Part shown: positions 35,526-47,216 of the stretch, piece by piece | Layout of the letters: every line of letters begins with the position of its first letter | Position numbering within the stretch: the first letter of the stretch is position 1 | NCBI GenBank assembly: GCA_002269645.1 | Contig: NIVC01000405.1 | Span: 1-64,000, forward strand | DNA length: 64,000 nt | Direction of reading: 5' to 3' | Origin: Macrostomum lignano | Lineage: Eukaryota | Notes under the pieces: model-generated | The model's database searches: none | The model's input: the letters and a program-made list of their open reading frames with translations, nothing else | What the model was told of the DNA's origin: nothing | Position numbers and translations under genes: made by a program

Positions 35526-38500
35526 TCACTGCGGCGGCATACGAGGTCGAGCCTTCGTTTCGTCGCGACCGATGCCTGAATAGCCGCGAACTGGGAAGTC
35601 TTTGCTGTGCGACTGACAGCCTGGAAATGGATAGAGGAATGTCTTGTTGGTTAGATACGATAGGGTCTGAAAGGGTGGCGGCGGTGGCCCCGCAACTGAG
35701 GATCTGGGAGGCTGGACCAGCAACTGAGGATCTGGGAGGCTGGACCAGCAACTGAGGATCTGGGAGGCTGGACCAGCAACTGAGGATCTGGGAGGCTGGA
35801 CCAGCAACTGAGGATCTGGGAGGCTGGACCAGCAACTGAGGATCTGGGAGGCTGGACCAGCAACTGAGGATCTGGGAGGCTGGACCAGCAACTGAGGATC
35901 TGGGAGGCTGGACCAGCAACTGAGGATCTGGGAGGCTGGACCAGCAACTGAGGATCTGGGAGGCTGGACCAGCAACTGAGGATCTGGGAGGCTGGACCAG
36001 CAACTGAGGATCTGGGAGGCTGGTAGCCCAGCAACTGAGGATCTGGGAGGCTGGTAGCCCAGCAACTGAGGATCTGGAAGGCTGGTAGCCCAGCAACTGA
36101 GGATCTGGGAGGATGGTAGCCCAGCAACTGAGGATCTGGGAGGCTGGCCAAACAACTGACCAACTGGCCTGAGCTTAAGCTGCGGGTTTTGGTAAATCGA
36201 GACAGTCATGGTAAAAAAATAGTTTAAACTGAACCCACCAGTAGATTTTTGAGCTGCGCCACTTCCAGTAGGCTTCTCAGCCTCGCTAGTAGACGGAGCA
36301 TTCGAAGCAGCAGCAACAGCAGCATTAGCAGTGCCAGACGAAGCGGCACCGGAAGAAGCAGACCGACTCGAAGCGGTCGCACCGCTTCCGCTAGCAACGA
36401 CAGCGTGCAGCTGCTCGTTTAACTTGTTAATTGTGTTCATTAGCATCTGCTGAAGGTCGCCTAAATTTGACGGAGGCTGCTTAGCTCGAGTAGTGGAAGC
36501 AGCCGCCGAAGCAGCAGCAGCAGAAGAGGAGGGCAGTTGTTGCTTTTGCTTTGCCAACTGTTGCTGTTGCTGCTGCTGCTGCAGCGGTTGCACAACTTGC
36601 ACTCGTCGACTTGTTGAACTCGAGGCGGCCTCGCCGCTGCCGCCGCTGCCGCTGTGATGTCGCGTCGGCTTCTTCTGCCGTTCGACATACCTGAGCTGAT
36701 ACATCAGCTTGGTTTTCCGACGCTCCAAAGCCGCTAGTTCTTGCATATCGCGAATCTCTTGATCGCGTTTCAATATCTCTCTAACCGTGTCTTCAGCGTT
36801 AACAGACGACGCGCTGGCGGCTTCGACTTCGGCAGCTGCCGCCGATTGGTCCTCATCGTCGGGCGGCTCCGTGTCCGGCGTTTTCGGCCGATTGGCCGAC
36901 CAGGAATTATCGTCGCGATCATCAACGTTGTAATATTCGTCTTCTTCGTCAATGATTTCATCTAATACTTCGGTTTCATATAGCTGCTCCTCCTTATCGC
37001 AGCTAGTTAGATTTGCACTATTATTAACTTTAGTTTCGGAGTCATTTGCATTATCTACTGCTTTATTATATGCAGCAGTAGTAGCAGTAGCAGCGGGATC
37101 AACAGCTGGAGGCGGTGAACTGCAAGGCGTTCGAGGTTGGCCTCCGCCTACGCTGATTGGCTGACCGTCTGAACCTTCGCCAGCTTCGTCAGTCAGCTGT
37201 AGCGAAGTCGGCTGCGAAGGCGGCGGCGGCAGCAACGGCGGCTGTGTCGGCAGAGGCAGCGGCGGTGACTGCAGCAAGGAGGACGGCGGCGGCAGGCTGC
37301 CAGGCGAAGCCAGAGCAGGCAGTGGCGGCAACGGCGGCAGCGGAGGCGGCAACGAAGGCATTGGCGGAGGTGGCGGCGGCGATGGCGGCTGCGGCGGCGG
37401 CTGCTGCTGGCCCGCAGAAACATCCGCTGGCTGGTCATCAACAATCGGAGCAGACGAGTCGGTCTTCTCGTCCTAAAATAATTAATGATGTCCCCAGTTA
37501 TGTACATTGTAGTAGAAGTCGCTTTTGAGATTATTGGCGGCAATGACAAAAAGACATTAATTATATGTCTTTTATGTTATAATTATATATTAATTAATAA
37601 TACGACATGCTTCGCCTCAGGCCCGAGAATCTCTGCCAGCTCGTCCGCTACCTAAGGGCTACCGGGCGAGCGACCATCCACCTCCTGGACTCTCCGGAGG
37701 TGGACCGCGCTGCGGACACCAGCACCACCGGATTAGCAGCCCGTGGTCGCTAGGGGTTAGCAAAATGGGGGGGGGCAACGCCTCCTCGCTGCATCCGGAT
37801 GCTTCGCCTAGCTCTAAGCATCGGCTTATTTAGTGTGTGTGAGAGAGGGGCTACGAGAGTGGATGTACATCGGAACACCTGATGTACAACAGAATGCGGT
37901 ATGTGAACCTGTGAGCCTGAGAAGCTGGACTAGGGGGTTGTCATGCGACTCACTACCATACCGCAGAACTTACCATAGCAACCGTTGACTTGTCCCCAGT
38001 TGACAGTTGCAAATCAGTTTGATTGTCAACAAAACTACTTGACGCTAAAAACTGATTGGCGCTAGATGTGGGTGAAAGTACAACCGACTGCGCTTGAACT
38101 TGATTCGATTCCGCGGCTGGCACTGATGAAGCTTCTTCGCAAGAATGGACAGCCCTTAGTCGCTTTTTCAACGGCATCTCTTCGGGCGAAGTCAATGCAG
38201 GCGGCTGCGTCGGCGGAGGAGGCGGCGGCGGCGGCATGGTCGGAGATAAGCTCAGATTATTTGTATTATTATTGACAGATGAAGATACCCCAGCCTCCTC
38301 GCTATAATCTCTAATAGCTTTGGATAGCCAACGTTTCTTAGCCGATGTTGACGTTGTGGTAGCGGTGGCAGCGGCCGAGGAGGCAATGGAAGATGACGAT
38401 GTCTGCAAATCTATTGAACTACTGGCCGGCTCAGACGCTTGCCTTCGCATATGCTTAGCAAATGGATCAACGCAATCTTCTGTGTAGATAATCCGATCGC

Positions 38501-41500
38501 ACTGCGGCTCGTCAGCTGGCGGCTTTTCAGCTGGCGCGGCGAATGACTGTAAAAATTAAATATATTATTATTATTACTTAGCTAAATATCCACGGTGCCT
38601 GACTTCAATTAGGTGACTAACCGCGTACTAACCGCCGCCACTTTGCTTAACCTACAGAATAATTTCTGCACACTGACGATAATAAAACCAGGAGCGCTAT
38701 TCCATTGCCATTTCCTGATAAGAGACTCGCTCGCAATCGACGTTGCTTTTGTTACTCCAGTGTACATGGGACATGCAGATTAATGACTGCCTTCTCCCAG
38801 TCTAAACATTTTTTAAACTGCCGCACCTTTGTGTACAGAAATGAACTTTACTGTGGAGGAATATACTCTAAATTTTGCAGGAATGTACCCTAAGATGCAA
38901 GAATGGACTATAAAGCGTTCAGGAATGGACTCTAAAGCGTGCAGGAATGGACTCTGAAGCGTGCAGAAATGGACTCTAAAGCGTGCAGGAATGGACTCTA
39001 AAGCGTGCAGGAATGGACTCTAAAGCGTGCAGAATGGACTCTAAAGCGTGCAGAATGGACTATAAAGCGTCAGGAATGGACTCTAAAGCGTGCAGGAATG
39101 GACTCTAAAGCGTGCAGGAATGGACTCTGAAGCGTGCAGAAATGGACTCTGAAGCGTGCAGAAATGGACTCTAAAGCGTGCAGAAATGGACTCTAAAGCG
39201 TGCAGGAATGGACTCTAAAGCGTGCAGGAATGGACTCTAAAGCGTGCAGGAATGGACTCTAAAGCGTGCAGGAATGGACTCTGAAGCGTGCAGAAATGGA
39301 CTCTAAAGCGTGCAGGAATGGACTCTAAAGCGTGCAGGAATGGACTCTAAAGCGTGCAGAAATGGACTCTAAAGCGTGCAGGAATGGACTATAAAGCGTG
39401 CAGGAATGGACTCTAAAGCGTGCAGGAATGGACTCTGAAGCATGCAGGAATGGACTCTAAAGCGTGCAGAAATGGACTCTAAAGCGTGCAGAAATGGACT
39501 GTAAAGCGTGCAGGAATGGACTCTAAAGCGTGCAGGAATGGACTCTAAAGCGTGCAGAAATGGACTCTGACGCATGCAGAAATGGACTCTAAAGCGTGCA
39601 GGAATGGACTCTAAAGCGTGCAGGAATGGACTCTAAAGCGTGCAGGAATGGAATCTGACGCATGCAGAAATGGACTCTAAAGCGTGCAGAAATGGACTCT
39701 AAAGCGTGCAGGGCAGGAATGGACTCTGAAGCATGCAGGAATGGACTCTAAAGCGTGCAGGAATGGACTCTAAAGCGTGCAGAAATGGACTCTGACGCAT
39801 GCAGAAATGGACTCTAAAGCGTGCAGAAATGGACTCTAAAGCGTGCAGGGCAGGAATGGACTCTGAAGCATGCAGGAATGGACTCTAAAGCATGCAGAAA
39901 TGGACTCTAAAGCGTGCAGAAATGGACTGTAAAGCGTGCAGAAATGGACTCTAAAGCGTGCAGGAATGGACTGTAAAGCGTGCAGGAATGGACTCTAAAG
40001 CGTGCAGGAATGGAATCTGACGCATGCAGAAATGGACTCTAAAGCGTGCAGAAATGGACTCTAAAGCGTGCAGGGCAGGAATGGACTCTGAAGCATGCAG
40101 GAATGGACTCTAAAGCGTGCAGGAATGGACTCTAAAGCGTGCAGAAATGGACTCTGACGCATGCAGAAATGGACTCTAAAGCGTGCAGAAATGGACTCTA
40201 AAGCGTGCAGAAATGGACTCTAAAGCGTGCAGAAATGGACTCTAAAGCGTGCAGAAATGGACTCTAAAGCGTGCAGGAATGGACTCTAAAGCGTGCAGGA
40301 ATGGACTCTAAAGCGTGCAGAAATGGACTCTAAAGCGTGCAGGAATGGACTCTAAAGCGTGCAGGCCCTGATATATTAAGTGGTATCTTTTATATCTATA
40401 TAAAAGATGGTATGGTATGGTATGATGGTATGGTGCTAATGGTGCTAATGATGCTAATGGTATCTTTTATAAAATGGTATCTTATCTTGTATCTAGTACG
40501 CAACTAGAAAAATAATTTCCCTCTACTTGTGAACTTACAGACACCAATGCCTCTTCAGCGGCTGAACGAGTCGGCGTTTTCATAGGCGACCTACTGCTCG
40601 CGGCCGTCATAGCTGATGACGACAACATAGAAGATTTAGACTGCTGAGGAGGCGGCGAATGGAACACCCGGTGCCTTGGCGATTTCCTTGCCTCCCGGCG
40701 TTCTCGCCTCTCTCTAGCAATCAAATCGTCGTCAAGAAAGTTCATAGTATCGTCATCCGACGAGCTTAAAGACGAATTGTCGTCATCGGCTTGGTCGCCA
40801 GCCCCGTTAGTGGAGTCGCGCTGCTTTCCCTGTTGAGCAGGTTGGGAATTCTGGGCATTGTCAGCAGTTGGCCGGGGCTTCTTTGGCGAAGGCGAGGTGG
40901 AACTGGCTCCGCCACCTTCTCCAGTTGATGATTTCTGTCGTTTCCTCGACGAAGAAGCGCCCGCGCGACGTTCCATCTGTTCGATACGCTTGATGTACAT
41001 CTGCAATAGGCGGTCTTCCCGAGATTCAGCCGGATTACGTGACGCAGATTCTGCCGTTGAAGCTGCCGACTGAGGCTGCTGCGGCTGCGGCGATTTCAAT
41101 GGCGACGAATTGGATGAAGCGACACCAGCGTTCTTCGGTCGCTTTGATGGCGTTGCTATGGTCGATAATTCAGTTTGCTCAGCTTCATCTCCATCAGCCG
41201 GAGAATGCGACGAGGATTTCTCAACAAATTCGTCAAAACTGATTTCTTCTTTTTTCGGCTTGCGACTTGGCTGACCGCCGCTGCCAGCCGAATGCTTTGT
41301 TGGCGTTTTCTTCGACTTCGGCGACTCTTTTGGCACCGTAGCCGCGACAGCAGCATCTTCAGGCTTCGACTGCGTGTCGGCGGCTGCGGCAAGAGTTTCT
41401 TTGGCCTCTTCAGTATCTACGGATACCGAAGGTGACGAAGCAGAGTGCGATTGCTTCTGCTCGCTGCTTCTCTGTCGTTGGCGCTTGGCTGCACGCTGAC

Positions 41501-44500
41501 GCTTCTCCATGGTCTCGATGCGCTTCAGCATGGCCTGCATCCAGCGCTCCTCCCGGTCCTGAGTGGGGAATGATTTGGGATTAAAATTGACAAAATTGCT
41601 CTGAGTAAGATTGCTGCTAGATTCAAGCTAGTACGGTAGTTGCCCAGCTAGAGTTAGAGTGTACATTAGGGCGCAGCTCAGGGATGTATACTTGTGTATG
41701 GTTGTACTTTAGTGTGTATATCTGTACTTTAGGGAGCACATTTGTACTTTAGGCTGTATGCCTGTACTTTGGGGTGCATATTTGTACTTTAGGGTATATA
41801 CCTATACTTTCGGGTGTATATTTGTACTTTACGGTTATACATATACTTTAGGGTGTATATTTGTACTTTAGGGTATATACCTACATTTTCGGGTGTATAT
41901 TTGTACTTTTACGGTTACACTGTACTTTAGGGTGTATATTTGTACTTTAGATTGCATATTTATACTTTAGAGTCTAGATCTGTACATCCGATTGTAGCTA
42001 ACCACTGAAGAATCGGGGCCATTGAAATGCAGGTGCAATGCATATATAGAAAACCTAAACGTTTATGATACCAGAAAAGGCATAAAAATGTGAAAGTCTG
42101 TCATTCGCTTGTTGTATGAAAGCTTATAGCGTATAGGACAACAACGATTGGTAAAGACTATCTTAGCACGTTTGCCTTTTTATGTTGCTTTTTAAACAAA
42201 CGCGAAACAGCGACAGTAGAGATTGCTGACGAAATGCCAACAAACAATATCGCCATTCGAATAAGTTGTCAAAAGCGATGTAACAATTTATTGTTAGCTA
42301 TATTTTAATGTATTTACATTAAACTCACCAAATTAGACGAGCCCTGTTGCTGAGCATCAGCAGTAGTTGGTGAGGCTGCTGCTGCTGCATCGTTGGCTTG
42401 GTCAACTGAGATGCTGCGAGCCTTGATATGAACATGCGAATATGGTTTAACAAGTAGGAAGTACTGTAGTTCTCTCACCTATTTGGCTATGACTAAATGC
42501 TACATATACTACTACAAAGTAGTTGAATATTTCTGAGCAAATTTGCGCGCATCAAACAGACTTAAGACCATCTATATTTGTTAAAGCTTTCTATACTTAA
42601 GAATAACGACTTACAGCTGTTGTTGAGGTATTTTTCTTTGTCTTTTTTTCAGGCTGAGAATTCTGACGATTGTGCACTTTGGTTGAGGTTGAGGCTGGCG
42701 TATCAAAGGATATGCTGCGATTGGCCTTCTGCAAATCAGTATTCAACAGCGGAGTCTGTCAGTGGAAATTTATACAGTTGACAGGGTAATATATACAAAT
42801 GGATAGAAGGACAAGATCGAAGACCATAGAATATGTCAATATGTATGACTCATTGGAGTACTTGAGTGAGTAGGTTAATGACCGATTTGAGTAACACGAG
42901 TGAGTAGGTTAATGACCTATTGGAGTATCCCGAGTGAGTAGGTCAATGACCTATTGGCGTATCCCGAGTGAGTAGGTTAATGACCTATTGGAGTATCCCG
43001 AGTGAGTAGGTCAATGACCTATTGGAGTATCCCAAGAGAGTAGGTTAATGACCTATTGGAGTATCCCGAGTGAGTAGGTCAATGACCTATTGGCGTATCC
43101 CGAGTGAGTAGGTTAATGACCTATTGGAGTATCCCGAGTGAGTAGGTCAATGACCTATTGGAGTATCCCAAGAGAGTAGGTTAATGACCTATTGGAGTAT
43201 CCCGAGTGAGTAGGTCAATGACCTATTGGCGTATCCCGAGTGAGTAGGTTAATGACCTATTGGAGTATCCCGAGTAAGTAGGTTAATGACCTATTGGCGT
43301 ATCCCGAATATGTAGTTAATGACCGATTTGAGTATCCCGAGAGAGTAGGTTAATGACCAATTTGAGTATCCCGAGTGAGTAGGTTAATGACCAATTTGAG
43401 CATTTTGAGTGAGTAGATTAATGCTCAAGAAATGAAGTGTGTTAGTATAAGTTATGAGCTTATCAGGTGTCTATGCAGTATGAGTGGAATATCCAATAAC
43501 ATAACTTACACGACTTTTCCCTCCAGAGCCGGGCTTTTTAAAAGCGGCACCAGTCGCAGCCCGTTTCTTACTAGCCGACGCGTGTATATCGCCAATTAAA
43601 TCGTCAAACGCCCCGGCAACGCTAGACCGGGAAGCTTCAGTAGCAGACGAACGATTTGCAGTCGAAATTGACGTTGTCGAAGACACCGACTGATTGTCCC
43701 CCTCTTCATCACCGACGTCGTCATCGTCCGGTTGAGAATCTTGTTCAACAACAGCAGCTGCGGCGCTGTGCTGCTGCAATCGTTGAAAGAACAGTCTAAC
43801 AGGACACGTGTGCGGTCTGGAACAGGCGCACGCTACTGGACTTTTACGCAATTGATAGTCGAAATCGAATGGTAACGTTAATTCGTCTCCGGGTCTTAGC
43901 CTTTCATTAGCTATAAGTATTAGGTGCGGCCGGCCGTCCAATACCAGATGCTGCACCGAACAGTTCGGTCTGCACGATCGTCTAACATATCTAGCATCGT
44001 TGCCAAGGTTACTAGCGTCTATAGCAACCAATGGCAAATTGGAGATAGAGTTCGATTCAGTTTGAGTCGCTGTCCAACAATTCGAATCGAAACCGGCGTA
44101 ATAAAGTACAAATCTACTGCCTAGAGACGACGACGGAAGTTCTTCCGGTAGGCAGACGCGGCCGCGATATTCGATAACTGGATCGCCTGGCGACAGGCTT
44201 AGAGTGGCTTCCAGCCTGCCCGGCTGTACAACCCGACAACGCTGCGCCAGTAGCAGTTCAGTAGGATCCTCTCTATAGTCGCTGGCGCAGCTATCATCCT
44301 GCTGCCGCAATGGCACGCTGGCATTAGCCGAGCCGTACAATGCTAGCATGAGGCGAGCAAATCTGCGATTAAACTGATCAGAGTAGACTGGCTCGCGAGC
44401 TTCGCGATATTTTGCCGCCGCGATTGGCTGACGAGTTGAACTTATAGCGGCCTGAGCTGCTGTCTTCTTGGTTGAAAGAGACGGACTAGCTTTAGGCGCT

Positions 44501-47216
44501 GGAATGTTTTGTTTTGAATATGAATCTAGTGAGATTGGACAAATGTAGACAAGTCGTTCAGACTGTTTGTAGTGTGTTTATGGTGTGTTTCAGACTGTTT
44601 GTAGTGTGTTTATGGTGTGTTTCAGACTGTTTGTAGTGTGTTTATGGTGTGTTTCAGACTGTTTGTAGTGTGTTTATGGTGTGTTTCAGACTGTTTGTAG
44701 TGTGTTTATGGTGTGTTTCAGACTGTTTGTAGTGTGTTTATGGTGTGTTTCAGACTGTTTGTAGTGTGTTTATGGTGTGTTTCAGACTGTTTTTAGTGTG
44801 TTTATGGTGTGTTTTAGACTATTTGGAATGTATTTATGGTGTGTTACAGACTGTTTTTAGTGTCCTTATTGTGTGTTTCAGACTTTTTGTAGTGCGTTTA
44901 TTTATGAAGTGTTTCAGGCGGATCTTGACGAGCTAGCTTATAGTGTTTCGTGGCTTTTTATTAATAATTATAAGGTGTTTTGGGGGCTGTTTATAAATGT
45001 CTATAGGGCGTTTCACGGCTGTTTATGAATAGGCTTCAAATTATAAGTTGTTGTCGATAGTTTAAAAGGAGTCTCAGAGAAATCTCAGCGATGCTTCTGG
45101 GGTCTTAGCTTAGTATAAGGAAGAAACTTGAGTACTTTTTCTTCTAAAGGAAGAATCTCACCGGCAACTCACCGAGTCCAGCTTGGCTGCGAATTTCGCG
45201 CAGCTTATCCAACTTTCTAGTCTGCAGTCGCATCGCCCTAGAAACGTTCACAGGCTTTGGCTGGCATTGCTCGCACTGATAGCTTAGTAGCGACTCCGAT
45301 TCGGCAGTTCTTAACATCATGCAGTCAACGTGCTGCCATACGCTGCGCGGAAGATATGAGTAAAGACAAGGGGTGTACATTTTTATGTGACAGGCGAATT
45401 TAGTGCGGCTAACTAATCGATTTTAAAGTCGCACACCTTTTCAGAAGACACTTTAGCAACTCTACTACTGCAAAGATACGAGTAAACACCTCACCAAACT
45501 CAGACTTTCCCTTTCCCAGTCATACCTCGCACCTGACCATACTTCACTTACTCGAAAGACACTTCACTTAATATATGATAATCAAGAAACACCTCACCTA
45601 ACCTACTCAAGGGACACCTCAGCTATTAAAGGGACACCTTAGCTATTTAAGGGACACCTGAACTACTCAAGGAACACTTCGGCTACTCAAGGAACACCTC
45701 AGCTACTCAAGGAACACCTCAGCTACTCAAGGAACACTTCAGCTACTCAAGGAACACCTCAGCTATTCGAGGGACACCTGAGCTACTCAAGAAACACCTC
45801 ACCTCAACTACCCAAGGGACCTCAGCTACTCAAGGGCACTTCAGCTATTCGAGGGACACCTGAGCTACTCAAGGGACACCTGAGCTACTCAGATAACACC
45901 TGAGCTACCCAAAGGACACCTCAGCTACTCAAGGGCACTTCAGCTATTCGAGGGACACCTGAGCTACTCAAGGGACACCTGAGCTACTCAAGGGATACCT
46001 GAGCTACTCAAGGGATACCTGAGCTACTCAAGGGAAACCTCAGTTACTCAAAAGACCTCGGCTACTTAAGAGAAGCCTCACCTAATATACTCAAAGAACA
46101 CGAATTTAAGTGCCGTAAAACTTACTGACAAGCGACACACTGTACACAATTGCCGTCGTCGTGCGTGTACTGACAAATACAACGAACAGAGATTGCACTT
46201 CCTGCACTACTTTTGCTAGTAGTAGTAGTAGGAGTAAATTTGGAGACATTAGGAACAGCGACAGTGCCGTGGCCTTCCAATAGACGCTGTTTACGTCTAC
46301 TAGTTATCAAATTAGACTGCGTTGGCTGCGAAGGCGAACTCGTCGAATTAGCCAAATGGACTGAATCGGCAGCCACGGCATCGCCAATTATAACTTCATT
46401 TGCTGCTAGCGGCGGCGGCTGCTGCTGCTGATTAGCAACATTAACAGATAAGGACGACGTCAGTGCGGGCGGCAGGTAAGACGGTTGCACCTTGGATGAA
46501 CGATTACCGATACCAGCGGTTGCTGCCGCTCCTTGGGACGAAGCCTGAAGAACCTTTAGAGGAGACGGTGGTCGCAGCCGTTGCAACATCTGAGAACTCT
46601 GCTGCTGCTGCTGCTGTTGACTTTGCAGGTAACCAGTTGATGGACTGACTATCCTAGTACCAGCCAGATTAAACTGAGCAGCCCTTTGGCCGCCAATAAT
46701 GATAGTAGGCTTTGCTGTGCCAGCATTGGAAGGCGCATGAGCGGCAGCCGGCAGCACAACAGGCGCCGCAGTTGTTGCACTAGCCGATACGCTAAACAAT
46801 CGCGTCTGATTGCCAACAATCGGCTTCGCTGAAGATGAAGAATAATCTTTTGATAAGACAAAAATTCCGCCGCCGCTGCTGATATTACTACTGCTAGCAG
46901 TAGTGGCAAAAGAGGACTTTGAATCGCGACTATTAACAACAATTATATTAGTAGCTGTTGTAGCAGTAAATGGTCGGCTTGTAGCACTCAAGCTAGTGGA
47001 CGGAGTTGACGCTGTTGAATTAGACGCAGATTGGTACACAGTGACTGGCACGGGGCCTCGACGCTCCATGAAGATAGTCTGGCCACCACTGCTAACTACT
47101 TCTTTCACTAGGCCAACTCTATTGCCAGATAGATTGACAACAACTGACTGCGCCTGTTGTTGCTGTTCTTCCTGCATAGGTGGTGCCTGACTAATGCCAT
47201 TGGTTGCTGCTTCCAT
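35526..47216 (-). CDS. KMT2E: KMT2E(MLL5)/SETD5/UpSET-like PHD + SET-domain protein, 9 exons, ~1835 aa
   Basis: Exons 47216-46126, 45342-45173, 44525-43510, 42755-42615, 42421-42329, 41558-40539, 38546-37974, 37472-36239 and 35695-35526 (last exon uncertain). All GT-AG and phase-consistent. PHD: [28 protein letters not shown]...YQCEQCQP. SET: DASNLGNDARYVRRSCRPN...ELTLPFDFDY...CAC, with the family-typical RRSC in place of NHSC. Also a DREERWMQAMLKRIETMEKR helix. Confidence 0.88.
35693..36150. repeat. 28-bp minisatellite (agcaactgaggatctgggaggctggacc)
   Basis: About 16 near-perfect units in the probable last intron of the SET gene. Confidence 0.95.
37607..37830 (+). mobile_element. Short LINE 3'-end fragment related to the 3.6-4.2 kb element, in a SET-gene intron
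   Basis: Shares gagaatctct, cagctcgtc, gggcgagcgaccat, gcaccaccggatt.gca, atggggggggggcaac and tcgctgcatcc, in order, with 3946-4170. Confidence 0.65.
38895..40365. repeat. ~21-bp satellite (gcaggaatggactctaaagcgt), ~1.47 kb
   Basis: About 65-70 tandem units in a SET-gene intron, with higher-order variant blocks. Confidence 0.97.
41690..41975. repeat. Degenerate ~20-bp intronic minisatellite (tttgtactttagggtgtata)
   Basis: Tandem units read directly. Confidence 0.85.
42860..43420. repeat. 34-bp intronic minisatellite (gagtgagtaggttaatgacctattggagtatccc)
   Basis: About 16 tandem units. Confidence 0.95.
44555..44900. repeat. 31-bp intronic minisatellite (ttcagactgtttgtagtgtgtttatggtgtgt)
   Basis: About 10 units, degenerate at one end. 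Confidence 0.95.
45590..46090. repeat. 20-bp intronic minisatellite (gctactcaagggacacctga)
   Basis: About 22 units in the intron that splits the PHD finger. Confidence 0.92.

Noticed and set aside
35693-36236. QPPRSSVAG/QILSCW repeat tail of ORFs 35526-37361, 35458-36096 and 35651-36163
   Set aside because: Translation of the 28-bp minisatellite, which lies after a plausible donor at 36238 and is likely intronic.
30126-46090. CRISPR-like arrays
   Set aside because: All arrays are head-to-tail tandem repeats without unique spacers, in eukaryotic introns, with no cas genes.
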